This document shows, piece after piece, positions 50,430 to 60,938 of a DNA stretch of 64,000 nt (positions within the stretch are counted from its first letter, which is position 1; the number at the start of each line of letters is the position of its first letter). Position numbers and translations under genes: made by a program. Source of the stretch: Meyerozyma guilliermondii (taxonomy: Eukaryota); NCBI GenBank assembly GCA_051546255.1, contig CP128820.1:496001-560000 (forward strand), written 5' to 3'. The notes below the pieces were generated by a model. That model saw only the letters and a list, made by a program, of their open reading frames with translations. It was not told the DNA's origin and ran no database searches.

Positions 50430-50467
50430 GATGCGAAAATAAATGAGATCAAAAAGAAAAATAGTGC

Positions 50468-50550
50468 ACTAAAGACTAGAAGACTAAAAGACTAAAACAC
50501 TAAAATAACTAAAGAACTAAAGACTAGAAGACCAAAAGTGAACTAAAAGT
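50468..50550. repeat. Degenerate 7-8 bp tandem repeat (ACTAAARG-like)
   Basis: actaaag actagaag actaaaag actaaaac actaaaata actaaaga actaaag actagaag accaaaag. Confidence 0.8.
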
Positions 50551-50729
50551 GGGATCATTTAAACAAAAGCCATACTTTGTCTAAATGCTTATAAGCTGAG
50601 TTCAATCCTGTAGAAAATACTATTCAATGCTCAAGGACCCAAATTGAAACCTTCCATCAACATTTAAACAACTTAGCTTTTTGTTTATTCTGCTAAGTCA
50701 CGCGTTTATTGACTCACTTGGTTCCACGC

Positions 50730-52526
50730 ATGCACTTGAGTCCCAACCAGCAATATGCCCACACGATAGAATCAACCTTGGGAGATTTTGGCGCTGCCAT
50801 CGATGTTCTGGACCCCCAAACCATTGATTTTTTGCTTACGGAAACGGAGGAACTGCTCGTAGAAGAAATCGTGGTTCCCACTGAAAATGTTATTCGAGTA
50901 CTTCTTACTCTCAGTTGCCGACTCCCAGCCATTTTCTCTCGTGCTGAGGGAAACGATATCACAAGAATGTTGCAAAATGCTTTACATCAACCCAGACAAA
51001 TAATATCTCATCCAGTTGCAAGTTATAATCAGCGAGCCGAACTTATACTACGGAGATTGTGTGGAATTGTGTCGTCCACTTACACTGATAAACCCCAGAT
51101 CTACCAAGCTGTGTATTCCACGCTAATGAATGTAATGGCAGACTTTACCTCAACAAAACGAACCATAAACCAATTTGAGTTTGTTAGTGACTCAGAAGAA
51201 GAGCTCTTACTTTCAGCAGTGGTCGATGAACATAAGAAGCGAAGCATTGTGGTTTCTCCAAGTAAGAAACCACGCAGTAGAAACTTCAAGAAAAAGAGTT
51301 ACATTCCAGCAGATATGAGGATCTTTAATGAGCCTGTTATAACCACTGCTGTATGTCCTTCCAAGTCAAGTCCTTATAACTTGTGGAGCTTGATGGAGTG
51401 GACGTTTTATTGCTGCTCAAAGTCTTCGACTGTCCAAGAAAAATCCATAGAACTGTCTTGCTTCCATGACTTGTACCAGGGATACAGTAGGTTTTTGCTG
51501 GTTTTATGGCGGGTGGTGACGATTAACTTTGTCAATGTCATTGATCTGCTCATGAACGACGGAAGAGGTAACCACAACGAGCTTGTACATATGTTTTTCT
51601 ACAGCAGTGAGTCGAAGCAGAACGAGATAATATCTGCTTTGGAAGACCCATCTTTGTTCATTTTGAGGGCACTAATGACCCAGGTTTCGGGAGATAAAGA
51701 AGAATGGTACAAGCGAATAACCTCGGTGGTTTTCTATGGAATAGAAGAGCAAAAAATACCCACGAGCCCGTACGCAAGTGATCGACATTTGATCAGGAAA
51801 AGTAATATTCCGTGCCCTAAACAAAGTGATAGGTGTGATTCCTCAAATGATATGGTTGAATCTATGAGTTTGAGGTTTGAGATCTTGTCGCTTGTATACT
51901 ACAATGGGTTATTTTTTGATAAAGGCGATGCTTTCTTGGGTCTGAGTGAAGTGGATCCTCAAGACTACGATCTTGTTACCAGAATTCTAGTACAAGAAAT
52001 GGCGAAACGGCTCTGTAAGTTCAGCTACAGGTACTTTAAGCTGTTCTTCGAGGCTTCATTGATTTCAAATGAAATGTCCATTTTTCAAGTTCCAGCCAAT
52101 CACTGCAGTCGTATGATGATGGAACTTGCTCGCGAGCTTGTGGATACACTCACAGGTCGCTATGGTATCGATTTGGATGTCAGACCAGGCGCTTCGCAGT
52201 TTCCATGGGAAGTTCAATTTGCTCAAGAAATGGTGTCGATAATTGGCCAAAAAGCTTTGTATGAGATGATTGTTCAGGAGAGCGGCAGTAATGGTGGGTT
52301 AGAGGAAGCGTGGTGCAAGGCGACTTTTTTGCTTGGTTGGTTACTAGACATGGCATTTACCGAGTTGCAACTGAATTCTCAACATGGCGATTTTTTGCAG
52401 CATTTGTGTGAAGGTGTAGAGCAAGCTGACGCCGTAAGTGCAAAACTGTGGAGGCAGGCTTGCCAAAAGGACGAATTACCATTTGTAAAGTATGGAGATA
52501 TTTTTCGTAGCAGGTTTCCTATTTAA
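50730..52526 (+). CDS. NSE5: Probable Smc5/6 loader subunit Nse5 (highly diverged)
   Basis: 598-aa helical protein with colinear blocks resembling S. cerevisiae Nse5 as recalled; NLS-like SPSKKPR; MCB ACGCGT at 50700-50705; NSE5 (YML023C) lies in the same gene neighbourhood. Confidence 0.7.
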   Translation: MHLSPNQQYAHTIESTLGDFGAAIDVLDPQTIDFLLTETEELLVEEIVVPTENVIRVLLTLSCRLPAIFSRAEGNDITRMLQNALHQPRQIISHPVASYNQRAELILRRLCGIVSSTYTDKPQIYQAVYSTLMNVMADFTSTKRTINQFEFVSDSEEELLLSAVVDEHKKRSIVVSPSKKPRSRNFKKKSYIPADMRIFNEPVITTAVCPSKSSPYNLWSLMEWTFYCCSKSSTVQEKSIELSCFHDLYQGYSRFLLVLWRVVTINFVNVIDLLMNDGRGNHNELVHMFFYSSESKQNEIISALEDPSLFILRALMTQVSGDKEEWYKRITSVVFYGIEEQKIPTSPYASDRHLIRKSNIPCPKQSDRCDSSNDMVESMSLRFEILSLVYYNGLFFDKGDAFLGLSEVDPQDYDLVTRILVQEMAKRLCKFSYRYFKLFFEASLISNEMSIFQVPANHCSRMMMELARELVDTLTGRYGIDLDVRPGASQFPWEVQFAQEMVSIIGQKALYEMIVQESGSNGGLEEAWCKATFLLGWLLDMAFTELQLNSQHGDFLQHLCEGVEQADAVSAKLWRQACQKDELPFVKYGDIFRSRFPI

Positions 52527-53155
52527 ATAATATGCTTGACCTTGAAGTAGTGTCTCAAGTACAGAATCTGCCATGTTCCGAAGCCTACGAGCGAGATGAT
52601 CACCAAGATGGAAAAGTACTTGACTCTAGAATTGGTGGACTCGTTTGTGTCTCTCATAGTGGCCTCTCTGACCTTCAAGTACTGAAGTTGTGCGGCGATT
52701 TCCTTCGTCATTTCCTCGACTTTTTTCAACTCCACTTCTGCAGGCTTCAACTTCTCAGCGGCCTGGACGGCATTCCAGTCTCTGGCAGCAGCCCCCGATT
52801 CGATTTCCAACTCTATTTCCCTTGACAATTCCGTGTGACGCGACCATTTTCTCTCCTGGTGGTTGGTGAAACACACATCAAAAGCGGCACTGTAGGCGCT
52901 TGTGAACGCCACCTTGACGGTTCCCGCCAAGTCTTTCTTGGATCTGTGCTCGTTTCCCAAAGAATCCACGATTTTCATGTCCAAAACCTGTCCGTCTCCA
53001 ACCCGTCCATTAGTTTTGATATTGACCACTACCAATTGGCCTTCTTGTACAAAGTCTCTAACACACACTGGCTGTGGTTTGGATTCTGCCTTGACGTCGA
53101 GATGCAATGCGGCAGCAAACGATACGAAAAGTGACACTAAATAGAACCAGTACAT
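52523..53155 (-). CDS. ERV25: p24 delta family COPII vesicle protein
   Basis: Signal peptide, GOLD domain, [32 protein letters not shown]. Confidence 0.95.
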   Translation of the reverse strand: MYWFYLVSLFVSFAAALHLDVKAESKPQPVCVRDFVQEGQLVVVNIKTNGRVGDGQVLDMKIVDSLGNEHRSKKDLAGTVKVAFTSAYSAAFDVCFTNHQERKWSRHTELSREIELEIESGAAARDWNAVQAAEKLKPAEVELKKVEEMTKEIAAQLQYLKVREATMRDTNESTNSRVKYFSILVIISLVGFGTWQILYLRHYFKVKHII

Positions 53156-53457
53156 GTTTGGTGACGTTGATCTGAAAACTGCGTGTCAATTAGTCGCGAC
53201 GCGCAGGTACAGGAAGGAAGAGTGAGGCAGATGAAAAATGAGAGATGTAGGGAATGAAAATTAAAAGAAAAAAAAAAAGAAAACAAGTGGAAACTAGCAA
53301 AAGGAATCTCCGTTTTCTTCTTTTCTGTGCTTCCTGCTTTCTGCTTTCTGTTTTTTTTCTTCTTCTTATCTCAATTTCATATCCGTTTCCATTACCCTTC
53401 CTCTCCCACCAGTGCACCAGCACTACTTTCCAATTCTCGAAAATATTCTCACCAACC

Positions 53458-53673
53458 ATGGCCCGTGCAAAGACCACCCACACCATGGTCAAGCTTGTTT
53501 CGGCAGCTAAAACCGGCTACGAAAAGTGGTTTAATATCCCTCGTAGCACGCAGAAGCTTAATCTTATTTTATACGACCCGGTGGCTAAAAGACACTGTCT
53601 TTTCACCGAAGACAAAAAACGAAGGGTTCCCGAAGTGGTGCCTAAAGACTATAATAGAAAGCACAGGGTATGA
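53458..53673 (+). CDS. MRPL39: Mitochondrial ribosomal protein bL33m
   Basis: MARAK..VKLVSAAKTGY...YDPVAKRHCLFTE; 71 aa from ATG 53458. Confidence 0.92.
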   Translation: MARAKTTHTMVKLVSAAKTGYEKWFNIPRSTQKLNLILYDPVAKRHCLFTEDKKRRVPEVVPKDYNRKHRV

Positions 53674-53823
53674 TTTGTGCGACTCGGCTCTCATAGAGGC
53701 GTCTGGATGTACATAGCGAATATAATGATGACGTACACTCTTTTGACATTAGTGCTTTGTTCTACTTTCTTAGTTCTAATGCTTAGTTCTACTTCTATTT
53801 TTCTTGTCTATTTTCCTCTCTAT

Positions 53824-56800
53824 TTACATCCCCTTTCCCATCTCATTAACTTTCCAGGTGCTGTCAACCTGGAGAATGGCATTGTCGCCGATGATAGTTG
53901 CAACTTCTGCAGTATCGACGAGATACTTGTTAGTAACATCTATCAAGTCGCTGCTTGAAGTATCCAAAAAATTCTCTCTTCTTTCTTGTTTCATGTCGTC
54001 GGTGATTCCCTCGATAAAATTGGACGAGCCTTGCGAGGAAATATTGGAAGGAGCATCGACACTCTGGAAAATCGATAATTTGGCCTCTTGTAAATCGTCT
54101 ACTGTCCATGCTCCAACACTGCCAAAATCAACTAGTTTCGTCAATGCAAATTTGCCAGAGTCCCGGAAGTTTGACACCGATTTCAAGCAGTTGGGATCAC
54201 GATAAGAGTAATAATTCATTATTCCACTGAGCCCATCTGCCATTAAACCTCCTCCATATGCTCCGTTTGATTCCCGGATCACCGAGTGCAAATGCTTGAA
54301 TGTCAAAAGCTGTGACAAAACTTGTAACGCTGCTCCATCTTTGCTGGTGTATTCTGCTCCAAGTTTGGCCAACGAGGAGTACCCCACTTGGAATGGCATG
54401 TTCACCAAAGTTGACAAATTTTTGCTTCTCACGCCGAGGTCAATGGTGGAAAGTTGGTTCTCAAGGCTCTTCTTCGATGCCGCCGAAACAATCTTGTCAT
54501 CGAATTCCTTGACTAAACTATCGTTCTGGGCAACACCATTTTTGTCAGCAACCACACTGTAATTGAATCCAAAGTCTCCTCCTGCACTATGGCCGTTCAA
54601 GATATGGTCTTGAATGTCTCGAAGAATAGGAAGCAATTCTTCTACCAAGTATTGTTTGCCAGATTGGTCCAACTTGTGATTCAATTCCATGACAAACTTT
54701 GCCTGGGCTAATCCTCCAGTTTGCTCAGAAATGTACTTTGTTGGTGTAAGCTGAGAGCTGCTGTAACTTCCAGCAAACGAATGTCCTCTGTCTGCAATTG
54801 TGTTCATTTGAGACTGTCCAATACTTTTGACTAGAGTCGATAATTTATCCACAACTTCGTCGTCAGCATTGAATTTTGTGGACGTCAAAATCTCGTGCCA
54901 GAGATCGTATACATGTTTGGTATTGTCGGCAAGACTCATTCCTGAAAGCACGAACTTCAAATTGGTCTTCATAATATTGTAAGGATCTGTCTTGTTGCTG
55001 AAAGAGAACGAAATTCCGCCGGTGGTTTGCTGTATTCTGGTCTCCAAGTCGGTGATCGACGTTTTCGCCGTACCAGCCAAGTTGGTTAAACACGATGCAA
55101 AAATAGGCATGTACTTGTAGTACTTGGTGGGCAAATACGATAAGTCTTTAGCCGCCGTGACATATGTTAAACCGTTCGTATCGACAATTCGTTGCTGATA
55201 CTTTTTCAGATTAATCTCGGAAAACCTCAAGGCATATTGTTCACCGTATCTGGGTATGTCTCTTAATGTAAGCGAAGGTAACACTGAGATATCCTGCTCT
55301 GCTTGCTGGCTCTCTGCCAACTTCAAGCCACGGTCAAAAATGGCTTGTTTGTCTTCTGGCGACATTTGAGAAACTTTTGAGTCAAGAAGCTGTTTCTCGT
55401 CCTTGGTCAACTTGTTGGAAAATTCAGCATCGGGAACCATCACAAATTTGAAAACAGGTGTTTCATCGTTAAGTATGGTTTTTTCGATCATGTCGGTGAA
55501 CATCTTCAATCCGGATTCCTTGTACTCGTTTTTAAACCGGCTAAGAATCTCTTCCACTTTAATTGACGATATTGGATTGAAACCGTTGACCCAGTTGGGC
55601 ACGATAGAATGGAGCAAACCCAACCCAAAATCAGGTTTATGCTTTTTGAACCCTAGCTCGATCTGATGCAATAATGCTTGCACTCTATTCTCGTAGGAAG
55701 ATCTTCGTGAATCAAACTCAGGAAGTATATGATTCTTGGTAATTTCTACCACTTTTTGCGGCAATTCGTGAGCTTTTGCAACCGACAAGTTCGACACTCC
55801 GACGGTGAATGTGAGCAATGCAGTTGTAGCGTCCAAGCCACTATTGATGGTGAAATCGTCGCCATATTCCAGCTCGATCAATTGCTGGAAAAATGGAGCA
55901 TTGTGACCGTCACACAACAACGAGCTCAAAACTTTCCATTTAAACATATCGTACTGGGAAGACTCGTTCAAAGGATTTCCCAAGTACCAGGAAATGGAGC
56001 TCTTGTATTGTTGGTCAACAGGTTTACTGGACATGGTATCGACAGGTCCTGGTACCTCGACATTGAATTCTTTCTTATGTGGAAGCTTTTCGAAAATAGG
56101 AAGCTTGACATCAGTATTACGTTGGCGTTTGCCAAAACTGACCAAAAACTCGTCAAGTTTACGCAAATGGTTCCGAAGAGGAAGAGAGCCATAAGTGAAG
56201 GTCCTGGCATTGGAAGGATGGTAGTTTTTCAGGTGGAAGTCAACCAAGTCCTCGTATTGGAGAGTGACGATTTTAGAAGGATCTCCGCCAGAATTGTTGA
56301 GCGAAGCATAAATAGCTTCCTGAAATTTGATCCAAAAGTAGTAGCCCGAGTTGGAGTACTGGCCCTTCATTTCGTTGAACACCACACCCTTGAATATTAT
56401 TGGTGATTTAGAGTCGGTGGTGACTTCATTCTCGAGTCTCCAACCTTCTTGCATGAAATCTTGAATTGCCAACTTGGGCTCCAACACCGAGGACAAGTAG
56501 ACGTCCATCAAGTTGTCAAAATCTTTGCTATTTGTCGTAGCAAACGGGTAGTATGTGTAGTCATGGCCAGTCATAGCATTCATAAAGTTACTCAAAGAGC
56601 GGTTTAACATCTTGAAAAATGGATCCCGAACAGGGTACTTTTCCGATCCACACAAGGTGGTATGTTCCAAGATATGAGGTACACCTGTGTTGTCTGGAGG
56701 ATTTGTCTTGAAAGCAATCAGGAAAACATTGTTATTGTCATGAGAAGCATCCAAATGGAGGTGTTCCAGACCAGTTTTGCCGTGTTTTAACTTGACGGCT

Positions 56801-56946
56801 ACGAGTGAAAATTCCAGAATTGGCTCAACTTGTTCCACTTTGTAGCCCAGAATGTCCGCTCCAAGCACGTACTTGCTCTGTATGTCTTTGAGGGCGTTGG
56901 CATGAAGATTCCGCCGAGCATAATGTCTTAGTTGTGCCCGTAACAT
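53824..56946 (-). CDS. CYM1: Mitochondrial presequence protease (M16C)
   Basis: Presequence-like N-terminus, HILEH, RDPFFKM, NAMT, IRESNGAYGG, SYRDP. Confidence 0.96.
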   Translation of the reverse strand: MLRAQLRHYARRNLHANALKDIQSKYVLGADILGYKVEQVEPILEFSLVAVKLKHGKTGLEHLHLDASHDNNNVFLIAFKTNPPDNTGVPHILEHTTLCGSEKYPVRDPFFKMLNRSLSNFMNAMTGHDYTYYPFATTNSKDFDNLMDVYLSSVLEPKLAIQDFMQEGWRLENEVTTDSKSPIIFKGVVFNEMKGQYSNSGYYFWIKFQEAIYASLNNSGGDPSKIVTLQYEDLVDFHLKNYHPSNARTFTYGSLPLRNHLRKLDEFLVSFGKRQRNTDVKLPIFEKLPHKKEFNVEVPGPVDTMSSKPVDQQYKSSISWYLGNPLNESSQYDMFKWKVLSSLLCDGHNAPFFQQLIELEYGDDFTINSGLDATTALLTFTVGVSNLSVAKAHELPQKVVEITKNHILPEFDSRRSSYENRVQALLHQIELGFKKHKPDFGLGLLHSIVPNWVNGFNPISSIKVEEILSRFKNEYKESGLKMFTDMIEKTILNDETPVFKFVMVPDAEFSNKLTKDEKQLLDSKVSQMSPEDKQAIFDRGLKLAESQQAEQDISVLPSLTLRDIPRYGEQYALRFSEINLKKYQQRIVDTNGLTYVTAAKDLSYLPTKYYKYMPIFASCLTNLAGTAKTSITDLETRIQQTTGGISFSFSNKTDPYNIMKTNLKFVLSGMSLADNTKHVYDLWHEILTSTKFNADDEVVDKLSTLVKSIGQSQMNTIADRGHSFAGSYSSSQLTPTKYISEQTGGLAQAKFVMELNHKLDQSGKQYLVEELLPILRDIQDHILNGHSAGGDFGFNYSVVADKNGVAQNDSLVKEFDDKIVSAASKKSLENQLSTIDLGVRSKNLSTLVNMPFQVGYSSLAKLGAEYTSKDGAALQVLSQLLTFKHLHSVIRESNGAYGGGLMADGLSGIMNYYSYRDPNCLKSVSNFRDSGKFALTKLVDFGSVGAWTVDDLQEAKLSIFQSVDAPSNISSQGSSNFIEGITDDMKQERRENFLDTSSSDLIDVTNKYLVDTAEVATIIGDNAILQVDSTWKVNEMGKGM

Positions 56947-57068
56947 GGTGGCGGAGATGAGAAGGTGTGAACGAGACGATCCATATTCCGGCATATACTC
57001 ATCTTGTTCATTTTCTTTCCTGCTTATATTATCGGCCCTGAACCGCACTCGAATTTTTCACTACCACT

Positions 57069-58049
57069 ATGGCTCACGACTCGGCTCCGGTTTCGACCCT
57101 AGGAGGGTTCCTAGCCGGCGGTATTGCTGCTTGCGGCGCGGTTACGTTCACAAATCCCATTGAACTTGTGAAAACGAGAATGCAACTCCAGGGAGAACTA
57201 GCTGCAAATCAAGCCGTCAAGATGTACCGAAACCCGATTCAGGCATTTGCAGTTATTTATCGAAACGAAGGTATTCGCGGGCTTCAACAGGGGTTGGTTT
57301 GCGGGTACTTGAACCAGCTCTGTCTCAATGGGTGTCGGATAGGATTATATGAGCCGTGTAGGTACCAGCTCACCAAGGTGTTAAATCCGGATAGTATAGT
57401 GGAAGGACAAAAAGTGCCGCAGGCGGTTTCGATCAATATTGTTTCTGGTTTCCTCGCTGGATCTGCCGGAGCGGTGTTGGCTTCGCCGTTTTTTCTCATC
57501 AAAACTCGAATGCAATCGTATTCTTCGGCCGCAGCCACAGGAAAAATCCACACTTCCACCGGCCAACAGACCTACTACAAAAACACCGCCGATGGTCTTC
57601 GAAAAATATATGGTAGTGAAGGGTTCAAAGGACTTTTCCGAGGAGTCGACGCGGCGATTTTTCGAACCGGAGCAGGCTCGGCAGCTCAACTTCCTCTATA
57701 CTACTTCACCAAGCAACAGTTTGAAAAACACACCAGCATTGATCCCTCAGCACCATCCACCCATTTTTTGCTGTCTCTCGTTGCCGGAGTCGGTGTGGCC
57801 ATCGTGATGAACCCAGGTGACGTGGTTCTCACCAGAGTGTACAATCAAAAGGGAAATTTGTACCGGGGTCCCATAGACTGTCTTGTCAAGACGGTTACCA
57901 CCGAAGGTGTAGCAGCCCTTTATAAAGGGTTTTGGGCACAACTTTTGCGGATTGGTCCACACACCATCCTCACCCTCATGTTCATGGAGCAAAGTATGAG
58001 GGCTATGGCAAAAATCGAGGGCGAGGGCCGCAAGTATTTATTTGGATAG
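57069..58049 (+). CDS. OAC1: Mitochondrial oxaloacetate/sulfate carrier
   Basis: AACGAVTFTNPIELVKTRMQLQGE, RTGAGSAAQL, RIGPHTIL. Confidence 0.92.
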   Translation: MAHDSAPVSTLGGFLAGGIAACGAVTFTNPIELVKTRMQLQGELAANQAVKMYRNPIQAFAVIYRNEGIRGLQQGLVCGYLNQLCLNGCRIGLYEPCRYQLTKVLNPDSIVEGQKVPQAVSINIVSGFLAGSAGAVLASPFFLIKTRMQSYSSAAATGKIHTSTGQQTYYKNTADGLRKIYGSEGFKGLFRGVDAAIFRTGAGSAAQLPLYYFTKQQFEKHTSIDPSAPSTHFLLSLVAGVGVAIVMNPGDVVLTRVYNQKGNLYRGPIDCLVKTVTTEGVAALYKGFWAQLLRIGPHTILTLMFMEQSMRAMAKIEGEGRKYLFG

Positions 58050-58198
58050 AGATTAGATGAATGAAATAGAGAAAAAAAAAGTAAAGAAACTGGTTCAAAA
58101 GAGTGACAAATCAGTTTATATAGTAGCAAAGCAGCTCATGTAGTGAACAAATCAGTCCCGAAGGTGACCAGAAGAATGTCTTTCATAAAAGTAGTCTG

Positions 58199-58241
58199 CT
58201 CTCAATTCACTCTCTCAATTCACTCTCTCAATTCACTCTCT
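58199..58241. repeat. 13-bp perfect tandem repeat x3 (CTCAATTCACTCT)
   Basis: Units at 58201, 58214 and 58227. Confidence 0.95.
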
Positions 58242-58577
58242 TCGCACCCTTATCACCAGCCGCACCCGTGCACCAGCGCGGGCGGCAATTGGGCGTCGGT
58301 GTGAGGAAGGCAAAAATCATCATCCACACCATTCTTCAACGATAAACTTGGGTGGGTCCTAGTCAAATTCCTGTCACCCCAAGACATCTCCCGCTATATA
58401 TATTCCGTATCTGATCCCTGGACCCTTCTGAACCGGATATTCGTCCCGTTGCAATTATTACAAATTCTCCACAAACTCCGCTTCAAAATAAATCTCCATT
58501 AATTCGAGCTTTGCCTCCCGATTCCGTTCCGTTTACGTTCCTTATCCATAAACGACACTCTCACAACACACGGTCCC

Positions 58578-60788
58578 ATGCGAGATTCAAACTACAAATC
58601 CATCGCAAACAACCGTGCGGCCGTCACCATCACCACATCACTTTACGATCGCCGAGCCCTCGATGTAACCAGCGACAAGCCTCTCGTGAATTCGTTGAAC
58701 CACCTTACTTACCTCGTGTCTTCGCTGGCCAAAGTTCGCGAGACTTTGTCGGCGGATGGCGGCATTGAACGCCTCATTGAAATTCTCCATGAATGTCACA
58801 ATCTGGTGTTTAATGTGGCCGATACCGTGTTCAACAGCGAGAAAAAGCTCCTCACCGCGTGGAAATGGACGTTGGCGTTCCAGTGCTTGGTTCTTATAGG
58901 CACTCGTGGAACAGAGGAGATCCGCCAAAAGGTGGTAAAAGCAGGTATTCTTCCCATCCTCGCCACCGTTCTCGATAACTACCTCACTTTACACGAACGA
59001 ACGTTTGCCCACGCCAATAGCCGACCCGCTCCGCCTCTCGATGCGCGGTCTGACACCTCGAGAAACGGTGACGATGGTCCGCCTCCAACGGCTTCCGGTA
59101 GCATATCCATCGCAAATTTGGACGACACTTTCCTCAATACTCAAAACGAAAGAGACATCTTGCGCTCGCTAGGCACCTCGTACTTGTCAGCCCAGCCGAT
59201 GTCGGCGGCTGATGCGGCCGCTGCTGCCGTGGCTGCAACCTCCATCTCTGGCCATGACGAATCGGCGCCTTTTCTTGCTCAGTCTAACTCGCTCACCAGC
59301 GACGATTACGATAATTTATCCACCGAACAGCTCCTTCAACTTGTTCGCGTGAACCACAAAGCCGCTGACTCCAAGGTGGCCACCACCGTCAACAACGACA
59401 TCCGTAGACGCTATCTTATCGCCAACATCGTCAAAAAGTTGCGCGAGGACAAAGAAAGTGACTTGCTCGATGACCAGTTTGTCAATGCGGACGACTACGA
59501 CATGGACAACGGCCTTCAATTCTTGTCTAACATCTACTTGCAGGACGAGCGGTCATGTGGCCAGAATCCTTCCACCGCCAGAACGGCTCCTCGTAACTTT
59601 ACTGACACCGGTGTGATTATTCCTTGCGATGACGACATCGTGTGGTCGCTTCAGCTCTTGGCATACATCTCGAAATATCCATACCTCAAAGACGTCCTTC
59701 AAAAAACCCACCTTGTCATCGATATGAGTATACGTGACAAGCAACTCAAAATGTACTTGGAAAAGCAGATGCGACTCAAGGTAAAGAACCACATGGCAAT
59801 ATTGTCTCGCCCCACCATACGCCCCAAATCTCGAAAGGCTAAGTTATCTAGCGGTTTAGAACGGTTTCAGCTGTCAGCCTCAAACTCACCCCAAATGCTC
59901 AATGATCTCGACACCATCGATGACATACTCGATGAAGACAAGTTTGAGCTCGTGGGCAAGGCCGACACAACCGACTGTATCGCGGAAAAGGCCGAAGTTG
60001 ACGACGACGACGATGAGGATGACGAGGAAGAAGAAGCCGAAAACCATTTGCTGACGGACGACGACGATAGGTATCTTTCGGAATTGACACAGGGCGGAGA
60101 CGAAAATTCTGGCTCAAGCTCGTATTTGACGAAATTATACGACTCGATAGTCGATGCCGAGTCGATTGTCAATGACTTGGAAAGAGAAGTCACCCTTTTT
60201 CATATCAGCGATAAGATCAACCGCTGCATTGAAGTTGAATGCAAACGGTTGAGCAGTGCCATCGCCAACAAGCGACAAGAGCAAAAGAAATTTTTGACCC
60301 AGAAATGGGACTACGATACCTACGATGGTTTTGACATCGACGAAACCAGTTTGCACTACTGTGATTACGACGAGTCGCTCATTGAGTACAAAACAGTGAA
60401 TCTCTTCCCAATTGTGGAAAAATTCACTTTTCTCTCCGGTACCGACATGTACTACTGGTCTGGAGTTATTATGCGTAACTCATGTCGGCGAAACGATTAC
60501 CGGGGAGGAGTCAGGCAGTGTGGAAATTTGGAGTGCGGAAAATGGGAATCTTATCCTCGCGAGTTTCTGAAGTGTCGCCGTTGTAAGCGCACCAAGTATT
60601 GCTCCCGTGAGTGCCAAATGAGGGCGTGGCACTGCCATCGCAACTGGTGCATTCCCAGCACATCCAGCTCTTCAAGCACCACCGTCACCACCGCTACAGG
60701 AGCCCCTGCAGAAGATGTTGTGCCGAGACCGGCCAACTTGGACTCGTTGCAGTCTATGCCCTCTGAAACTTCTCAGGACGAAGCGTAA
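58578..60788 (+). CDS. MUB1: MYND zinc-finger protein Mub1/SamB
   Basis: LYDRRALD, LVNSLNHLTYL, VIMRNSCR, CGNLECGKWE..KCRRCKRTKYCSRECQ..W..H..WC. Confidence 0.93.
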   Translation: MRDSNYKSIANNRAAVTITTSLYDRRALDVTSDKPLVNSLNHLTYLVSSLAKVRETLSADGGIERLIEILHECHNLVFNVADTVFNSEKKLLTAWKWTLAFQCLVLIGTRGTEEIRQKVVKAGILPILATVLDNYLTLHERTFAHANSRPAPPLDARSDTSRNGDDGPPPTASGSISIANLDDTFLNTQNERDILRSLGTSYLSAQPMSAADAAAAAVAATSISGHDESAPFLAQSNSLTSDDYDNLSTEQLLQLVRVNHKAADSKVATTVNNDIRRRYLIANIVKKLREDKESDLLDDQFVNADDYDMDNGLQFLSNIYLQDERSCGQNPSTARTAPRNFTDTGVIIPCDDDIVWSLQLLAYISKYPYLKDVLQKTHLVIDMSIRDKQLKMYLEKQMRLKVKNHMAILSRPTIRPKSRKAKLSSGLERFQLSASNSPQMLNDLDTIDDILDEDKFELVGKADTTDCIAEKAEVDDDDDEDDEEEEAENHLLTDDDDRYLSELTQGGDENSGSSSYLTKLYDSIVDAESIVNDLEREVTLFHISDKINRCIEVECKRLSSAIANKRQEQKKFLTQKWDYDTYDGFDIDETSLHYCDYDESLIEYKTVNLFPIVEKFTFLSGTDMYYWSGVIMRNSCRRNDYRGGVRQCGNLECGKWESYPREFLKCRRCKRTKYCSRECQMRAWHCHRNWCIPSTSSSSSTTVTTATGAPAEDVVPRPANLDSLQSMPSETSQDEA

Positions 60789-60938
60789 GTGGTGGGTGCA
60801 AATAGTGTTAACGAAATATACGAACTGTACGTCGGGAAAAATTCGGAATGTCCGATCACGTGCCGCGGCGCGGTAACCGAAACACACAAGCCGCCTTATT
60901 GATTGCCGGTTGTAAGCAAATACCAGCTGACCCAAAAA

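Noticed and set aside
50598..50610. GAGTTCAATCC, resembling a tRNA B-box
   Set aside because: No cloverleaf stems or A-box nearby.
53254..53457. N-terminal extensions in the ORF track (MRPL39, HGT12, GRE2-like, GH114, CYM1, SGN1, OST6, MNN2-family)
   Set aside because: They come from TTG/GTG or upstream starts running through promoter sequence; family homology or targeting signals begin at the downstream ATG.
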